Below are positions 39,557 through 48,395 of a stretch of DNA of 60,814 nucleotides, one piece after another. This stretch comes from a virus (Duplodnaviria; Caudoviricetes), in the IMG/VR virus record IMGVR_UViG_3300032282_004007, positions 1-60,814 of that record. One strand, written 5' to 3'. The position numbers and the translations under genes were made by a program. The notes below the pieces were generated by a model. It was not told the DNA's origin. It made no database searches and saw only the letters and a list, made by a program, of their open reading frames with translations. Positions within the stretch are counted from its first letter, which is position 1; the number at the start of each line of letters is the position of its first letter.

Positions 39557-40252
39557 ATGACACCAAAAGAATACAGCAGATTCGGTCTTTTTGCTAAAAG
39601 CATGGGGATTAGTTCCTCCAAGATCGACTATTTCACAAAAAACCTAGAATCATACCTAGGGCTTAAGAGTAGTTTAACACCATATGTTCTTGAAGAAAGA
39701 CAAATGAACGTAACACAGATTGATGTGTTTAGTAGATTGATGATGGAACGTATTATATGGGTTGCCGGCGAGGTAAACGATAGTATGTCAGTTATTACAC
39801 AAGCGCAACTTATGTTTTTAGACAGTTTGGACAACACTGATATTACAATGCATATTGATAGCCCTGGCGGAAGCGTTAAATCTGGTTTATCAATGGTAGA
39901 TGTTATGGATTACATTGATTCAGATATTAGAACAATCAATACTGGCATGGCGGCATCTATGGGTTCAATTTTACTCGGCGCCGGTGCAAAAGGGAAAAGA
40001 GGATCACTTAGATTTTCTAGGACAATGTTACATCAAAGTTCAGGAGGTTTTCAAGGAAATATTCAAGATGCCAAAATCGACATGATCGAATGGGAAAAAA
40101 TTAACAATACTTTATTTGAATTATTAGGTGGGTATTGTGGTAAAGATGCTGAAGTGGTTAAACAAGATGCGTCAAGAGATTTATGGTTATCATCTGAAGA
40201 CGCTTTGGCTTATGGTATTATAGATGAAATTGTAACTAAAAAGAAGAAATAA
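39557..40252 (+). CDS. clpP: ClpP protease proteolytic subunit
   Basis: DVFSRLMMERII, DSPGGSV, GMAASMG (Ser), MLHQ (His), RDLWLS (Asp). Confidence 0.95.
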   Translation: MTPKEYSRFGLFAKSMGISSSKIDYFTKNLESYLGLKSSLTPYVLEERQMNVTQIDVFSRLMMERIIWVAGEVNDSMSVITQAQLMFLDSLDNTDITMHIDSPGGSVKSGLSMVDVMDYIDSDIRTINTGMAASMGSILLGAGAKGKRGSLRFSRTMLHQSSGGFQGNIQDAKIDMIEWEKINNTLFELLGGYCGKDAEVVKQDASRDLWLSSEDALAYGIIDEIVTKKKK

Positions 40253-40279
40253 TTTTTAGGTTAAGTAATAAATAAAATT

Positions 40280-40306
40280 GGGAGGTGCTTACACTTCCCT
40301 TTTTTT
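40280..40306 (+). terminator. Rho-independent terminator
   Basis: GGGAGGTG-ctta-CACTTCCC plus T7. Confidence 0.8.
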
Positions 40307-40327
40307 ATTTTTATATTATATTTAATA

Positions 40328-40402
40328 TTAGACCTTGTGGTTGAATCGGAAGTGTCCTTGTGGCATTTGAGTTGGAATTGATACCAACAAATTCGGGTTC
40401 AA
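40328..40402 (+). ncRNA. structured 5' leader (three-way junction) with an arm complementary to 41228-41242
   Basis: TTGAATCGGAA/TTCGGGTTCAA outer stem, AGTGTC/GGCATT and GTTGG/CCAAC inner hairpins. Confidence 0.55.
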
Positions 40403-40423
40403 ATACAAAAAAATATAAGGAAA

Positions 40424-41218
40424 ATGAAACAAACTATTTGGGTGACATCCTTGTCACGACCACAATCTTTTATTACCAAGAGTAAACAAAGATTAAAACA
40501 GTACATTGATACTGTCTATTTAAAAAACGGAGACGAGTTCGAAATTGAACTTTTCAATCCCACGCAAAATAAAATTTTAGCAAAAATCGAGATGAATGGT
40601 AATACCATTGGTAATGGTATTATACTTCGTCCAGGTGAACGTGTATTCCTTGAAAGGTATCTCGATGAAGCAAAGAAGTTTTTGTTCGAAACATACGTTG
40701 TAAATGATAATAATGAGGAAGTACAACAAGCGATTGCAAATAATGGTGATGTTGTTATTAAATTTTATGACGAAATAAAATTACCATCATATTATAGCAG
40801 TGGTTCCAGCACAATAACAATTAGCAATCCGGCTTGGATAAATACAGGTACACCATATTATGGTAATACTTTTACCACAACATCTACCGGTACAAACACG
40901 TTTTATAACACTTCGTTAACCAGCGGAACATTTAGTGCCTCAAATACGTTCTTAAATAATCCGGACAAAGTTAAAAAATCAACAAGACAATTTGAAACGG
41001 GTAGAGTGGAAAAAGGTTCAGAGTCCAACCAATCATTTGTGGAAGGTAATGCTAGATTTAATTCCTACCCAATTGAAACAAATTGGTGGAAAATCAAACC
41101 TCAATCAGAAAAGTTATATGTAACTAAGGATGATTTGATGATTTATTGTACCGAGTGCGGCTCAAAACGCAAAAAAGATACACATAAGTTCTGTCCACAA
41201 TGCGGAACAAAGTTCTAA
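40424..41218 (+). CDS. hypothetical protein with C-terminal zinc ribbon
   Basis: Beta-rich N-terminal domain, S/T-rich linker, CTECG...FCPQCG. Confidence 0.8.
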   Translation: MKQTIWVTSLSRPQSFITKSKQRLKQYIDTVYLKNGDEFEIELFNPTQNKILAKIEMNGNTIGNGIILRPGERVFLERYLDEAKKFLFETYVVNDNNEEVQQAIANNGDVVIKFYDEIKLPSYYSSGSSTITISNPAWINTGTPYYGNTFTTTSTGTNTFYNTSLTSGTFSASNTFLNNPDKVKKSTRQFETGRVEKGSESNQSFVEGNARFNSYPIETNWWKIKPQSEKLYVTKDDLMIYCTECGSKRKKDTHKFCPQCGTKF

Positions 41219-41240
41219 TAATAAACTAATCACAAGGTCT

Positions 41241-41267
41241 AAGCGGGGTACTTTTTGTACCCCGTTT
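41241..41267 (+). terminator. terminator-like hairpin
   Basis: AAGCGGGGTAC-ttttt-GTACCCCGTTT. Confidence 0.75.
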
Positions 41268-41289
41268 GTATTTATATTAAAATACGCAT

Positions 41290-41634
41290 ATGAAGATCAA
41301 TAAAACGAATATACTGCTTGTTATTGTCATTATTTTGGCTGGATATACTATTTTCCAGGGAAGTAAGATAAGAACCGATGTAGCGGGTTATAATAGCAAA
41401 ATTGACTCTATTCAAAATGAGATCGATTCAGTAGAAATGTTAAATATCAAATTAACTGAACAAATCGGTATTATCGACCAAGAAATCGATAAAGTAGACG
41501 GAAGCATAAATAATGTTACAAAAAACATAACAATCATCAAAAACCAAACACATGAAAAAATTGATTCTGTTAATAATTATAATTTTTCTGACCTCGAAAA
41601 GTTTTTCTCAGACCGTTATAAAGACCAACATTGA
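41290..41634 (+). CDS. N-terminal TM coiled-coil protein (i-spanin-like)
   Basis: Single N-terminal hydrophobic helix then heptad-like sequence; overlaps next gene by 83 nt. Confidence 0.5.
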   Translation: MKINKTNILLVIVIILAGYTIFQGSKIRTDVAGYNSKIDSIQNEIDSVEMLNIKLTEQIGIIDQEIDKVDGSINNVTKNITIIKNQTHEKIDSVNNYNFSDLEKFFSDRYKDQH

Positions 41635-41968
41635 TACTATTGTACCGATAAAGGTACCGATAGCAAAAATGATAATTAAGGACTTAATTAAGGGTGACGG
41701 TGCTCAGACCGAGATCGTGGAACTTAATAAGGTAATATCTCTTAAAGATGACCAAATTATCCTTTTTAAACAAAAAGATACCCTTAAAGACCAAAAGATC
41801 GGTAATTTAGAGTTAATTATTACTAAAAAGGACCAACAATTTGATCTAGAAAGGGCTAAATCCGAAAGTTTATTAAAAGAACTTAAAGGACAAAGAAGAA
41901 AGACCTTCTTTTATAAAGCCGGTTCATTTATCGGTATAATTGCTACAACAATGCTATTATTGAAATAA
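41552..41968 (+). CDS. signal peptide + coiled coil + C-terminal TM protein (spanin-like)
   Basis: MKKLILLIIIIFLTSKSFSQ signal; C-terminal AGSFIGIIATTMLLLK. Confidence 0.5.
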   Translation: MKKLILLIIIIFLTSKSFSQTVIKTNIDTIVPIKVPIAKMIIKDLIKGDGAQTEIVELNKVISLKDDQIILFKQKDTLKDQKIGNLELIITKKDQQFDLERAKSESLLKELKGQRRKTFFYKAGSFIGIIATTMLLLK

Positions 41969-41969
41969 A

Positions 41970-42626
41970 ATGAAGAAATTACTTGACGTTAGAAATATTA
42001 TTATCGTTATTCTTCTATTATTGGCTTTAATTGAGTTTTTAAACCCTAAGGGGTTCATGCCTGGCAGAACTAAGTTAGTTACCCAAATCGACTCCGTTCC
42101 TTATCCAGTGCACGATACAATCCCATTTGAGACCGAGGTTGAAGTACCCATCGAAGTCGAGGTTCCAGTTGATAGGCCGGTAGAAGTAAGGGTTGAAGTT
42201 GAGAAACCAGTAGATACCGCCGAAATTTTAAAAATGTTCGCGGAAAATAAGCAAACCAAAAAAGATGTTTTAGAATTACCAAACAACATTGGAACGGTAA
42301 CAGTTTTTGATACAATTTCTAACAATAGGATATTAGGTAGGTCGTTTACCAGCAAAGTAAAGAAACAAATAGTAAAAGACACCATCTATACACCCGTACC
42401 ACCAAAACGATTATATTATATTGGGATTGACGCTAAATTTGACAAACCTAATATGATAAACCTATTAGGTGTTAGTATGATGATTAAAACAAAAGATGAA
42501 AAAATCTATAAATTTGGTGTTGGTGTGCAAAATATTGTAGGCCCAGACGGTATAAACGGATCTTTAGTACCAAATATAGGCGGAGGCGTTTATTGGAAAA
42601 TTAATCTTCAAAAGGATAAAAAATAA
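41970..42626 (+). CDS. membrane-anchored protein with C-terminal amphipathic beta strands
   Basis: N-terminal TM, VEVP repeats, IYKFGVGV...IGGGVYWKI. Confidence 0.55.
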   Translation: MKKLLDVRNIIIVILLLLALIEFLNPKGFMPGRTKLVTQIDSVPYPVHDTIPFETEVEVPIEVEVPVDRPVEVRVEVEKPVDTAEILKMFAENKQTKKDVLELPNNIGTVTVFDTISNNRILGRSFTSKVKKQIVKDTIYTPVPPKRLYYIGIDAKFDKPNMINLLGVSMMIKTKDEKIYKFGVGVQNIVGPDGINGSLVPNIGGGVYWKINLQKDKK

Positions 42627-43095
42627 TTTTTTCTTGGAAAAAACCTTCATCTAAAATAAGTAATATTTTACGTAATGTGGTTTGTAGATCAACGTTTACG
42701 TTCTCACTATATGCGTTTGAAGTGTCTAACTCAAGATTTTTTTCTTCCCAGTTTAGTTTGATAGTGTGATAAAAAGTATCATAATCATCAATTTCTTCAT
42801 TATAAACGTCAAATTCAATTTCAATTTCCTTAGGTCCTCTAATATTTACTACACCAATACTTTCAATACCCCATTTTCTTTCATATATGTATAAATCAAA
42901 AATAACATCAATATGTTCTGGATGTCTGATTTCATCAATATCTTTCCCCTCAAATCGATTATTACTCTCAATATCGAACTCAACTTTAGTTCTGTAACCC
43001 GAAAAACGGTCTTCATCTTCTTTTAAAAGAGAACCTTTGACGGTCTTAACAATATTTGTTAATTTTTTAATGTCTAATTTTCTAATTTCTTTCAT
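42601..43095 (-). CDS. hypothetical acidic protein (possible head-internal protein)
   Basis: KLTNIVKTVKGSLLKED N-terminus; TATTTAT upstream on minus strand (43124-43130). Confidence 0.65.
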   Translation of the reverse strand: MKEIRKLDIKKLTNIVKTVKGSLLKEDEDRFSGYRTKVEFDIESNNRFEGKDIDEIRHPEHIDVIFDLYIYERKWGIESIGVVNIRGPKEIEIEFDVYNEEIDDYDTFYHTIKLNWEEKNLELDTSNAYSENVNVDLQTTLRKILLILDEGFFQEKIIFYPFED

Positions 43096-43148
43096 GGTCT
43101 AAAATACTGTACAGTATGCTAATATAAATAGTTATATTAAGGAGAAAT

Positions 43149-43586
43149 ATGGGGACATTTATATTATTTGTTTTTGGGGATTTTGAAGACCATGGTGATA
43201 TTGAGTTTTTCTGCTTAGAACATTTTTCGGAAATATCTGAAAAGGGTGTTAAGTATGTTATTGAAAATGATGGTAACTGTATTATTATTTTTGAGACCGA
43301 AAAAACAAAACAAGAACTACACGATAAATTAAGCGTTTTATTAGCAATTGAGCAAATAAAGTTTTACTTTCTTTTTGAACGGTCATCTATAGTTTCTACC
43401 TACCTACCCGAAACCCTAAAGGACTTCGTTTTTAAACCAATGAGCGAGGAAAATATCAAGTTATTAATGGAAAGCAAACCCAAACCCAGTATGGACTTGG
43501 ACGATATTTTAGATAAAATTGACCAACAGGGTGTTAACAGTTTAACAGACGACGAAAAAAAATTTTTAGACGATTTTGGTAAATAA
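43149..43586 (+). CDS. protein with C-terminal DUF6576-like motif
   Basis: LDDILDKIDQQGVNSLTDDEKKFL. Confidence 0.65.
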   Translation: MGTFILFVFGDFEDHGDIEFFCLEHFSEISEKGVKYVIENDGNCIIIFETEKTKQELHDKLSVLLAIEQIKFYFLFERSSIVSTYLPETLKDFVFKPMSEENIKLLMESKPKPSMDLDDILDKIDQQGVNSLTDDEKKFLDDFGK

Positions 43587-43623
43587 GAATTTTTTGTGTA
43601 ATATTGTTATCTAATACCAGCAT

Positions 43624-44430
43624 ATGAAGAAAACCGCACCAGTTCAAAAAACTGACGAATTAAATTACTACATAAAGGATTTGAAAAAAATCCCAGTGAT
43701 TGACCCCAAAAGAGAGTATGAGGTTTTTGTACTTCTTAAGGATAAAAAACTAAGTAAAGAAGTCCGACAGAAGTTAACGGATGAAATGGTTGTAGGTAAT
43801 TTACGTTTTGTTATATCTGTTGCGAAAATGTATCAAAATCAAGGATTAGATCTTTTGGATCTAATATCTGAAGGAAACATTGGTTTAATAAAAGCAATTG
43901 AAAGATTTGATATTACATCTGGTTTTAAATTTATCTCGTATGCTGTTTGGTGGGTTAAACAATCTATTATGGCTGCGTTAAATGAATATGCTAGAACAAT
44001 ACGCATACCGTCTAATGTTTTACAAGATGCACAAAAGCAAAAGAAGATAGATGAAAATGATGACAATTATTTAATTGAGTACAACGACACATCTTTGATT
44101 GGCATCCCATCAACTGTAGATTTATTTAAAGAAATTAATGAAGATGGCGATACTTTAATTGAAGTAATTAATAACCCTAACGCTGAAGATCCTATGTCAG
44201 CATTAAATAATTTAGACGAGGTTAAAAAACGAATGAAATACATGTTATCCATATTGGATGACAGAGAAAAAACAATAATTGAAGGTTATTTTGGTTTATG
44301 TGGCTCCGAACGCAATTTAGATGACCTAGGAGAAGAATTTGGTTGCACTAAAGAAAGAATTAGACAACTAAAAGACAAGGCCCTAAAGAAACTAAGGAAC
44401 GAGAGTTTTGGGCTATTAAACTATTTATAA
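43624..44430 (+). CDS. RNA polymerase sigma70-family factor (RpoD-like, no region 1.1)
   Basis: NLRFVISVAKMY, DLISEGNIGLIKAIERFD, GFKFISYAVWWVKQSI, region 4 TKERIRQLKDKALKKLR. Confidence 0.93.
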   Translation: MKKTAPVQKTDELNYYIKDLKKIPVIDPKREYEVFVLLKDKKLSKEVRQKLTDEMVVGNLRFVISVAKMYQNQGLDLLDLISEGNIGLIKAIERFDITSGFKFISYAVWWVKQSIMAALNEYARTIRIPSNVLQDAQKQKKIDENDDNYLIEYNDTSLIGIPSTVDLFKEINEDGDTLIEVINNPNAEDPMSALNNLDEVKKRMKYMLSILDDREKTIIEGYFGLCGSERNLDDLGEEFGCTKERIRQLKDKALKKLRNESFGLLNYL

Positions 44431-44435
44431 TCTAT

Positions 44436-45872
44436 ATGAATAAAAATTGGTTAAAATACTTAGTAGCGATTTCCGCTATTATGATTGCAGGTAGCGCGGC
44501 TTACTTTTCCGTAACAGGGTTAGGTGTTTTATTTAGCGGCGCAGCAATCGCTGTAATGATCATGGCTGGTTCATTAGAGTTTGCTAAGTTAGTTACTGCA
44601 ACATATCTTAAACAAGAATGGAAGACGATTAGCGGTGTTAATAAGTGGTATCTAACATCGGCTGTGGTAATTTTAATGGCGATCACATCTGCAGGTATTT
44701 TTGGTTATCTATCAAATGCATTCCAACAACAAAATATTAAATTAGAACAAGTACAAAGAGAAATTGATGTTTGGAATAATAAAATAACCTATGCCAATCA
44801 ACAAATCACCACATTACAAAGTCAACAAAAAGATTTATCAACCACTCAAAATACTTTAATAACAAAAGGTAATGTTAATAGTAGATTATTACGTTCAGTT
44901 GATAATCGTGATAAACAATCTAATACCGTTAATAAAAAAATAAACTCTTTACAAGATTCTATTGTTGCTTATAATGGTAAGATTAATGATGTTAAAAACG
45001 CTAACATTGATATCGAAAGAGAAGTTGGTGGATTTAGATTTGTTGCTGAAGCGTTTGGTGTTGAATTAAAATCGGTTGTTAAGTTTTTTATATTTTTAAT
45101 TGTAATAGTATTTGACCCATTGGCGGTTGCCTTGGTAATTTCATTTAATCAGTTAGTAATGACAAAAAGAAAAGACGAAGAAGAAATAAATGAAAAAGAA
45201 GAAGTTGATGTAAAAGATATCGTCCACGAATCTGCTAGATTAAAACTATCAGAAGAAGATTTGAAAAAATTAGAAGAAATATTATTAAATCCACCCCCAC
45301 CAAACGAAGCATTAAAAAATGCCGCTAAAAAATATGAAGAAGAAATTGTAGAAAAGAAATCAATTTTCCCTAAAGAGGTTGAATATGATGAGGAGTATAC
45401 TCGCCCTGTCTACACTAATGAATTTAGTGATGAAAAAGTAAGACAAAGAGAGTTATTAGCGGAAATTATAAAAAACGACGAAGAGTTAGGTTTATATAAT
45501 GAACCATTTGATAACCCAATGATTAAGGAAGAACCAAAAATAACCGAAGATAATATTTCAGATTTGGATGTAACATTAATGGATGAATCTGACAAAGATT
45601 GGGAAAGTTTTCAACAGCATTGGATTAAACAAACAGAACAAGAACTTTCCACTATAGAACCAACTGAAGAAGAAGAAAGTAGAAATTTTTCTAATATAAC
45701 CCCAGAATCAACGAATTTTTTCCAAAAAGATGAATATATTCAATCATTATCTGATGAAGAGGTTAATGAAATGGTTTTAGATGAATGGGAAAGAAATTTA
45801 GATATGGAAGAGGAAGAAGAGCAAACCGGAATAGATGATCAAACATCTGATGCCGAAAAAAAAAAGAACTAG
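44436..45872 (+). CDS. multi-pass membrane protein with coiled coil and acidic tail
   Basis: Three N-terminal TM segments, GIFGYLS, coiled coil, IVIVFDPLAVALVI, acidic C-terminus ending at an A10 run. Confidence 0.8.
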   Translation: MNKNWLKYLVAISAIMIAGSAAYFSVTGLGVLFSGAAIAVMIMAGSLEFAKLVTATYLKQEWKTISGVNKWYLTSAVVILMAITSAGIFGYLSNAFQQQNIKLEQVQREIDVWNNKITYANQQITTLQSQQKDLSTTQNTLITKGNVNSRLLRSVDNRDKQSNTVNKKINSLQDSIVAYNGKINDVKNANIDIEREVGGFRFVAEAFGVELKSVVKFFIFLIVIVFDPLAVALVISFNQLVMTKRKDEEEINEKEEVDVKDIVHESARLKLSEEDLKKLEEILLNPPPPNEALKNAAKKYEEEIVEKKSIFPKEVEYDEEYTRPVYTNEFSDEKVRQRELLAEIIKNDEELGLYNEPFDNPMIKEEPKITEDNISDLDVTLMDESDKDWESFQQHWIKQTEQELSTIEPTEEEESRNFSNITPESTNFFQKDEYIQSLSDEEVNEMVLDEWERNLDMEEEEEQTGIDDQTSDAEKKKN

Positions 45873-46219
45873 AATTCCTATCAGAAGAAATAGTTTCAAC
45901 CCCTACTAATACACCAACAGAAACACCCACACCAACACCAACTATAACTCCAACAGAAACTGTTACGCCTACCCCTACTAACACACCAACAGAAACTGTT
46001 ACACCAACACCAACAATAACACCAACCGATCTTCAAGAAGTGGATTCATTGTATCTAGAAGACGGAGAATTACCAGTTGAATTAAAAGAAGAAGAAACAC
46101 CAGCCGAGATTACATATGATGAAGATGGGGTTAATAATGCGTTTATTCCAATCATAAGGCCAACAAGTAAAATTATTCAGAGAAATGTTAGCAATTCGAA
46201 ACGTAGAGGTTTTAGATAA
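45866..46219 (+). CDS. -1 frame extension of 44436-45872 (117 aa, Thr/Pro repeats, no Met)
   Basis: [30 protein letters not shown]...RRGFR*, opening at the A AAA AAG heptamer 45860-45866. Confidence 0.7.
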   Translation, partial: ELEFLSEEIVSTPTNTPTETPTPTPTITPTETVTPTPTNTPTETVTPTPTITPTDLQEVDSLYLEDGELPVELKEEETPAEITYDEDGVNNAFIPIIRPTSKIIQRNVSNSKRRGFR

Positions 46220-46811
46220 CATAAAATTCAAATCCAAAAAGACAAAGGTAAAAAAGAAGCAAATTCTTCTATTCGACACACATAGAAGGGTAAATGACTA
46301 TTTTATGATGTTAAAACATAGAAAAAATGGTAATTACGCCGATATACCACATTTTTGTGTTGATAAAATAGGTAACATATATAAAATATTAGATATTGAT
46401 CGATCATCCAATACCTTTAACTCACCTAAAATTGATAATACCCAGATAAAAATAGCAATAGAAAACCTGGGCTGGTTAAACAAGAATACCATTACAGGTA
46501 TCTACATGAATTGGATAAATGACCCATACAGAGGTGATCCGTACATCAAAAGTTGGAGAAACCATTACTACTGGGATAACTACACTGAACCTCAAATAAG
46601 TTCCTTAATTGACCTAGTTATGACACTATGTGTTGAACATAATATAAACTATTATGCAGTTCCTTCATCTGGTTTAATTGAAAACGCAGAAAAGTTCCTC
46701 GGGATTGTCAGTAAATCCAACTTTTCTGATATTTATACAGATATAAACCCGTCATTTAATTTTAATATTTTTGAAGATTATGTCAAACAAATCGAAATGG
46801 GGCTACGATGA
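46185..46811 (+). CDS. N-acetylmuramoyl-L-alanine amidase-like protein, apparently lacking Zn ligands
   Basis: PHFCVDKIGNIY, IAIENLG, YTEPQISSL, DINP Amidase_2-type motifs. Confidence 0.7.
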   Translation: MLAIRNVEVLDNIKFKSKKTKVKKKQILLFDTHRRVNDYFMMLKHRKNGNYADIPHFCVDKIGNIYKILDIDRSSNTFNSPKIDNTQIKIAIENLGWLNKNTITGIYMNWINDPYRGDPYIKSWRNHYYWDNYTEPQISSLIDLVMTLCVEHNINYYAVPSSGLIENAEKFLGIVSKSNFSDIYTDINPSFNFNIFEDYVKQIEMGLR

Positions 46812-47301
46812 AGCCAAAACAATGCTAAATAAGATTAGATCTTTAAACGAATCTATTGCTTCAAAGAACCTAATAATGGAAGATGAATCACAAGATCCTA
46901 CGCTTGATGATCAAAGTACACAAAATAAAGATTTCACTGTTATAAACGACGTTGAGGTTAAAATCCATTCTTCAGATAGTGCGGATTTAGAGATAAGTGA
47001 GGAAGAAAAAAATGCTATCTCATCATTAATTGATAATTTTCACCAACAAGTGGCGGAAATGACAGAGTTTACCGAAGGTTTTAATATAACTGATGAACAA
47101 GTTCGTTTAGATGGTAAAATCACAGATAAAGATGTAAGTTTTGTGTTTATTACTGGTAATGACGAATCTGGGGTTTATGTAAATGCCGATATGTTAAAAT
47201 TAGACCAAAAGGTTATTACAACAATACAAAAACTAGAAAAGTTTTTCCATACATTCACTGACTCAATGAATGAATTAATTTTAAATAGAAAGAACAATTA
47301 A
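46780..47301 (+). CDS. hypothetical acidic protein (head-associated candidate)
   Basis: MLNKIRSLNES...LIMED N-terminus. Confidence 0.65.
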   Translation: MSNKSKWGYDEAKTMLNKIRSLNESIASKNLIMEDESQDPTLDDQSTQNKDFTVINDVEVKIHSSDSADLEISEEEKNAISSLIDNFHQQVAEMTEFTEGFNITDEQVRLDGKITDKDVSFVFITGNDESGVYVNADMLKLDQKVITTIQKLEKFFHTFTDSMNELILNRKNN

Positions 47302-47303
47302 AA

Positions 47304-47543
47304 ATGGCACTAAGTAACGACGATAAAAAGGAAATTGAGAAGATAGTTAAAAAGGAGATTAAAGATTTCATGGACACAACCAAGGCCCATGAAGTTGTCG
47401 TTAAAATAATTCAGAAAGAACTAGGCACAAAAAAAATTGACGAGAAAATAGTGGACTTATCTACAAAAGTAGTTGTCGAACTCTTCAAAACACTTTGGCA
47501 AAGGAAATCTTTCTGGGAATCACCATTAAAAGGTGTTAGATAA
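47304..47543 (+). CDS. hypothetical protein
   Basis: 79-aa helical ORF, TAATG-coupled to the next gene. Confidence 0.65.
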   Translation: MALSNDDKKEIEKIVKKEIKDFMDTTKAHEVVVKIIQKELGTKKIDEKIVDLSTKVVVELFKTLWQRKSFWESPLKGVR

Positions 47544-48394
47544 TGAAATATAGTAAACCAAATTTTGAACACGAGTGGAATGAAGCCACTAGATACCCTT
47601 TCTTTGAAGAAATGGGTAAGGAAGATTGGTTTAAGTTTGTTATGGAGAATTCTTCAATCAAAAACTATAGTGATATTAAAAAGGAATTAGGTAATGTTGA
47701 TTTAGATTTTGAAAATTTAAATAAAGAGAAACAAGAAAGATTCATTAAAAATTTTAAAACCGGTAAAATTGAGTTACCAATCGCAGTTAAGATTTATTCT
47801 GATTATTATGACTTAGTTGCAGGTAACACTAGAATTGCTGGTTTAGTAAAAAACAAAATTGATCCTAAAATATTAGTTATAGACGCCACTAAGGTTATTC
47901 CAGAAGACGAAAAATTTGAGTTGGAAGAAACTGGTGCAGAATCTGCAGGTGCATTCGATGCAAATGCTTTTGGATCTAGCACAGTTAAAGGCACTGGTGA
48001 GTTATCTAACACAAAGGAGTATAATGTACAGGGTGAGTTTAAAGAAGCCACAGATGCATCATCTGCAGGCGCTTTTGATGTACCATTATTTGGATCAACA
48101 AAAGGTAGAAGAGACCCATTAAGAATAGATGGCGAAAAGAGTATTATGCGTAGTAGAGCAGTTGTTGATAAGAAATTTCCTAAATGGGGTGGCCCAGGTA
48201 GTAAATTTGTTAGAGTTAAGGATAAGTGTAAAAAATTCCCATATTGTAACCAAGGGGACACCGGAGCGATTGAAATGTATGAGCAAGTAAGCGAATTAAG
48301 AGTAGTTATTCAAAACGCCGCTAAAAAACACGGTATTTCAATGAAAGATGTGGAAAAACTAGTGTTAAATGACATTAAAGATATATTTATTTAG
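47543..48394 (+). CDS. ParB/Srx-like N-terminal domain fused to head-protein-like C-terminus
   Basis: IELPIAVK...YDLVAGNTRIAGL; duplicated E(E/A)T.A.SAGAFD motif; KCKKFPYCNQG. Confidence 0.55.
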   Translation: MKYSKPNFEHEWNEATRYPFFEEMGKEDWFKFVMENSSIKNYSDIKKELGNVDLDFENLNKEKQERFIKNFKTGKIELPIAVKIYSDYYDLVAGNTRIAGLVKNKIDPKILVIDATKVIPEDEKFELEETGAESAGAFDANAFGSSTVKGTGELSNTKEYNVQGEFKEATDASSAGAFDVPLFGSTKGRRDPLRIDGEKSIMRSRAVVDKKFPKWGGPGSKFVRVKDKCKKFPYCNQGDTGAIEMYEQVSELRVVIQNAAKKHGISMKDVEKLVLNDIKDIFI

Positions 48395-48395
48395 T

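Noticed and set aside
40328-41242. IS element or MITE defined by the inverted repeats
   Set aside because: No transposase motifs or evident target-site duplication; retained instead as an RNA-pairing finding.
1254-48395. ORF-track starts at 1254, 15467, 32726, 46771 and 48369
   Set aside because: Extensions run through hairpins, terminators or upstream genes. Downstream ATGs (1299, 15473, 32801, 46780, 48396) fit promoter spacing and coupling better.
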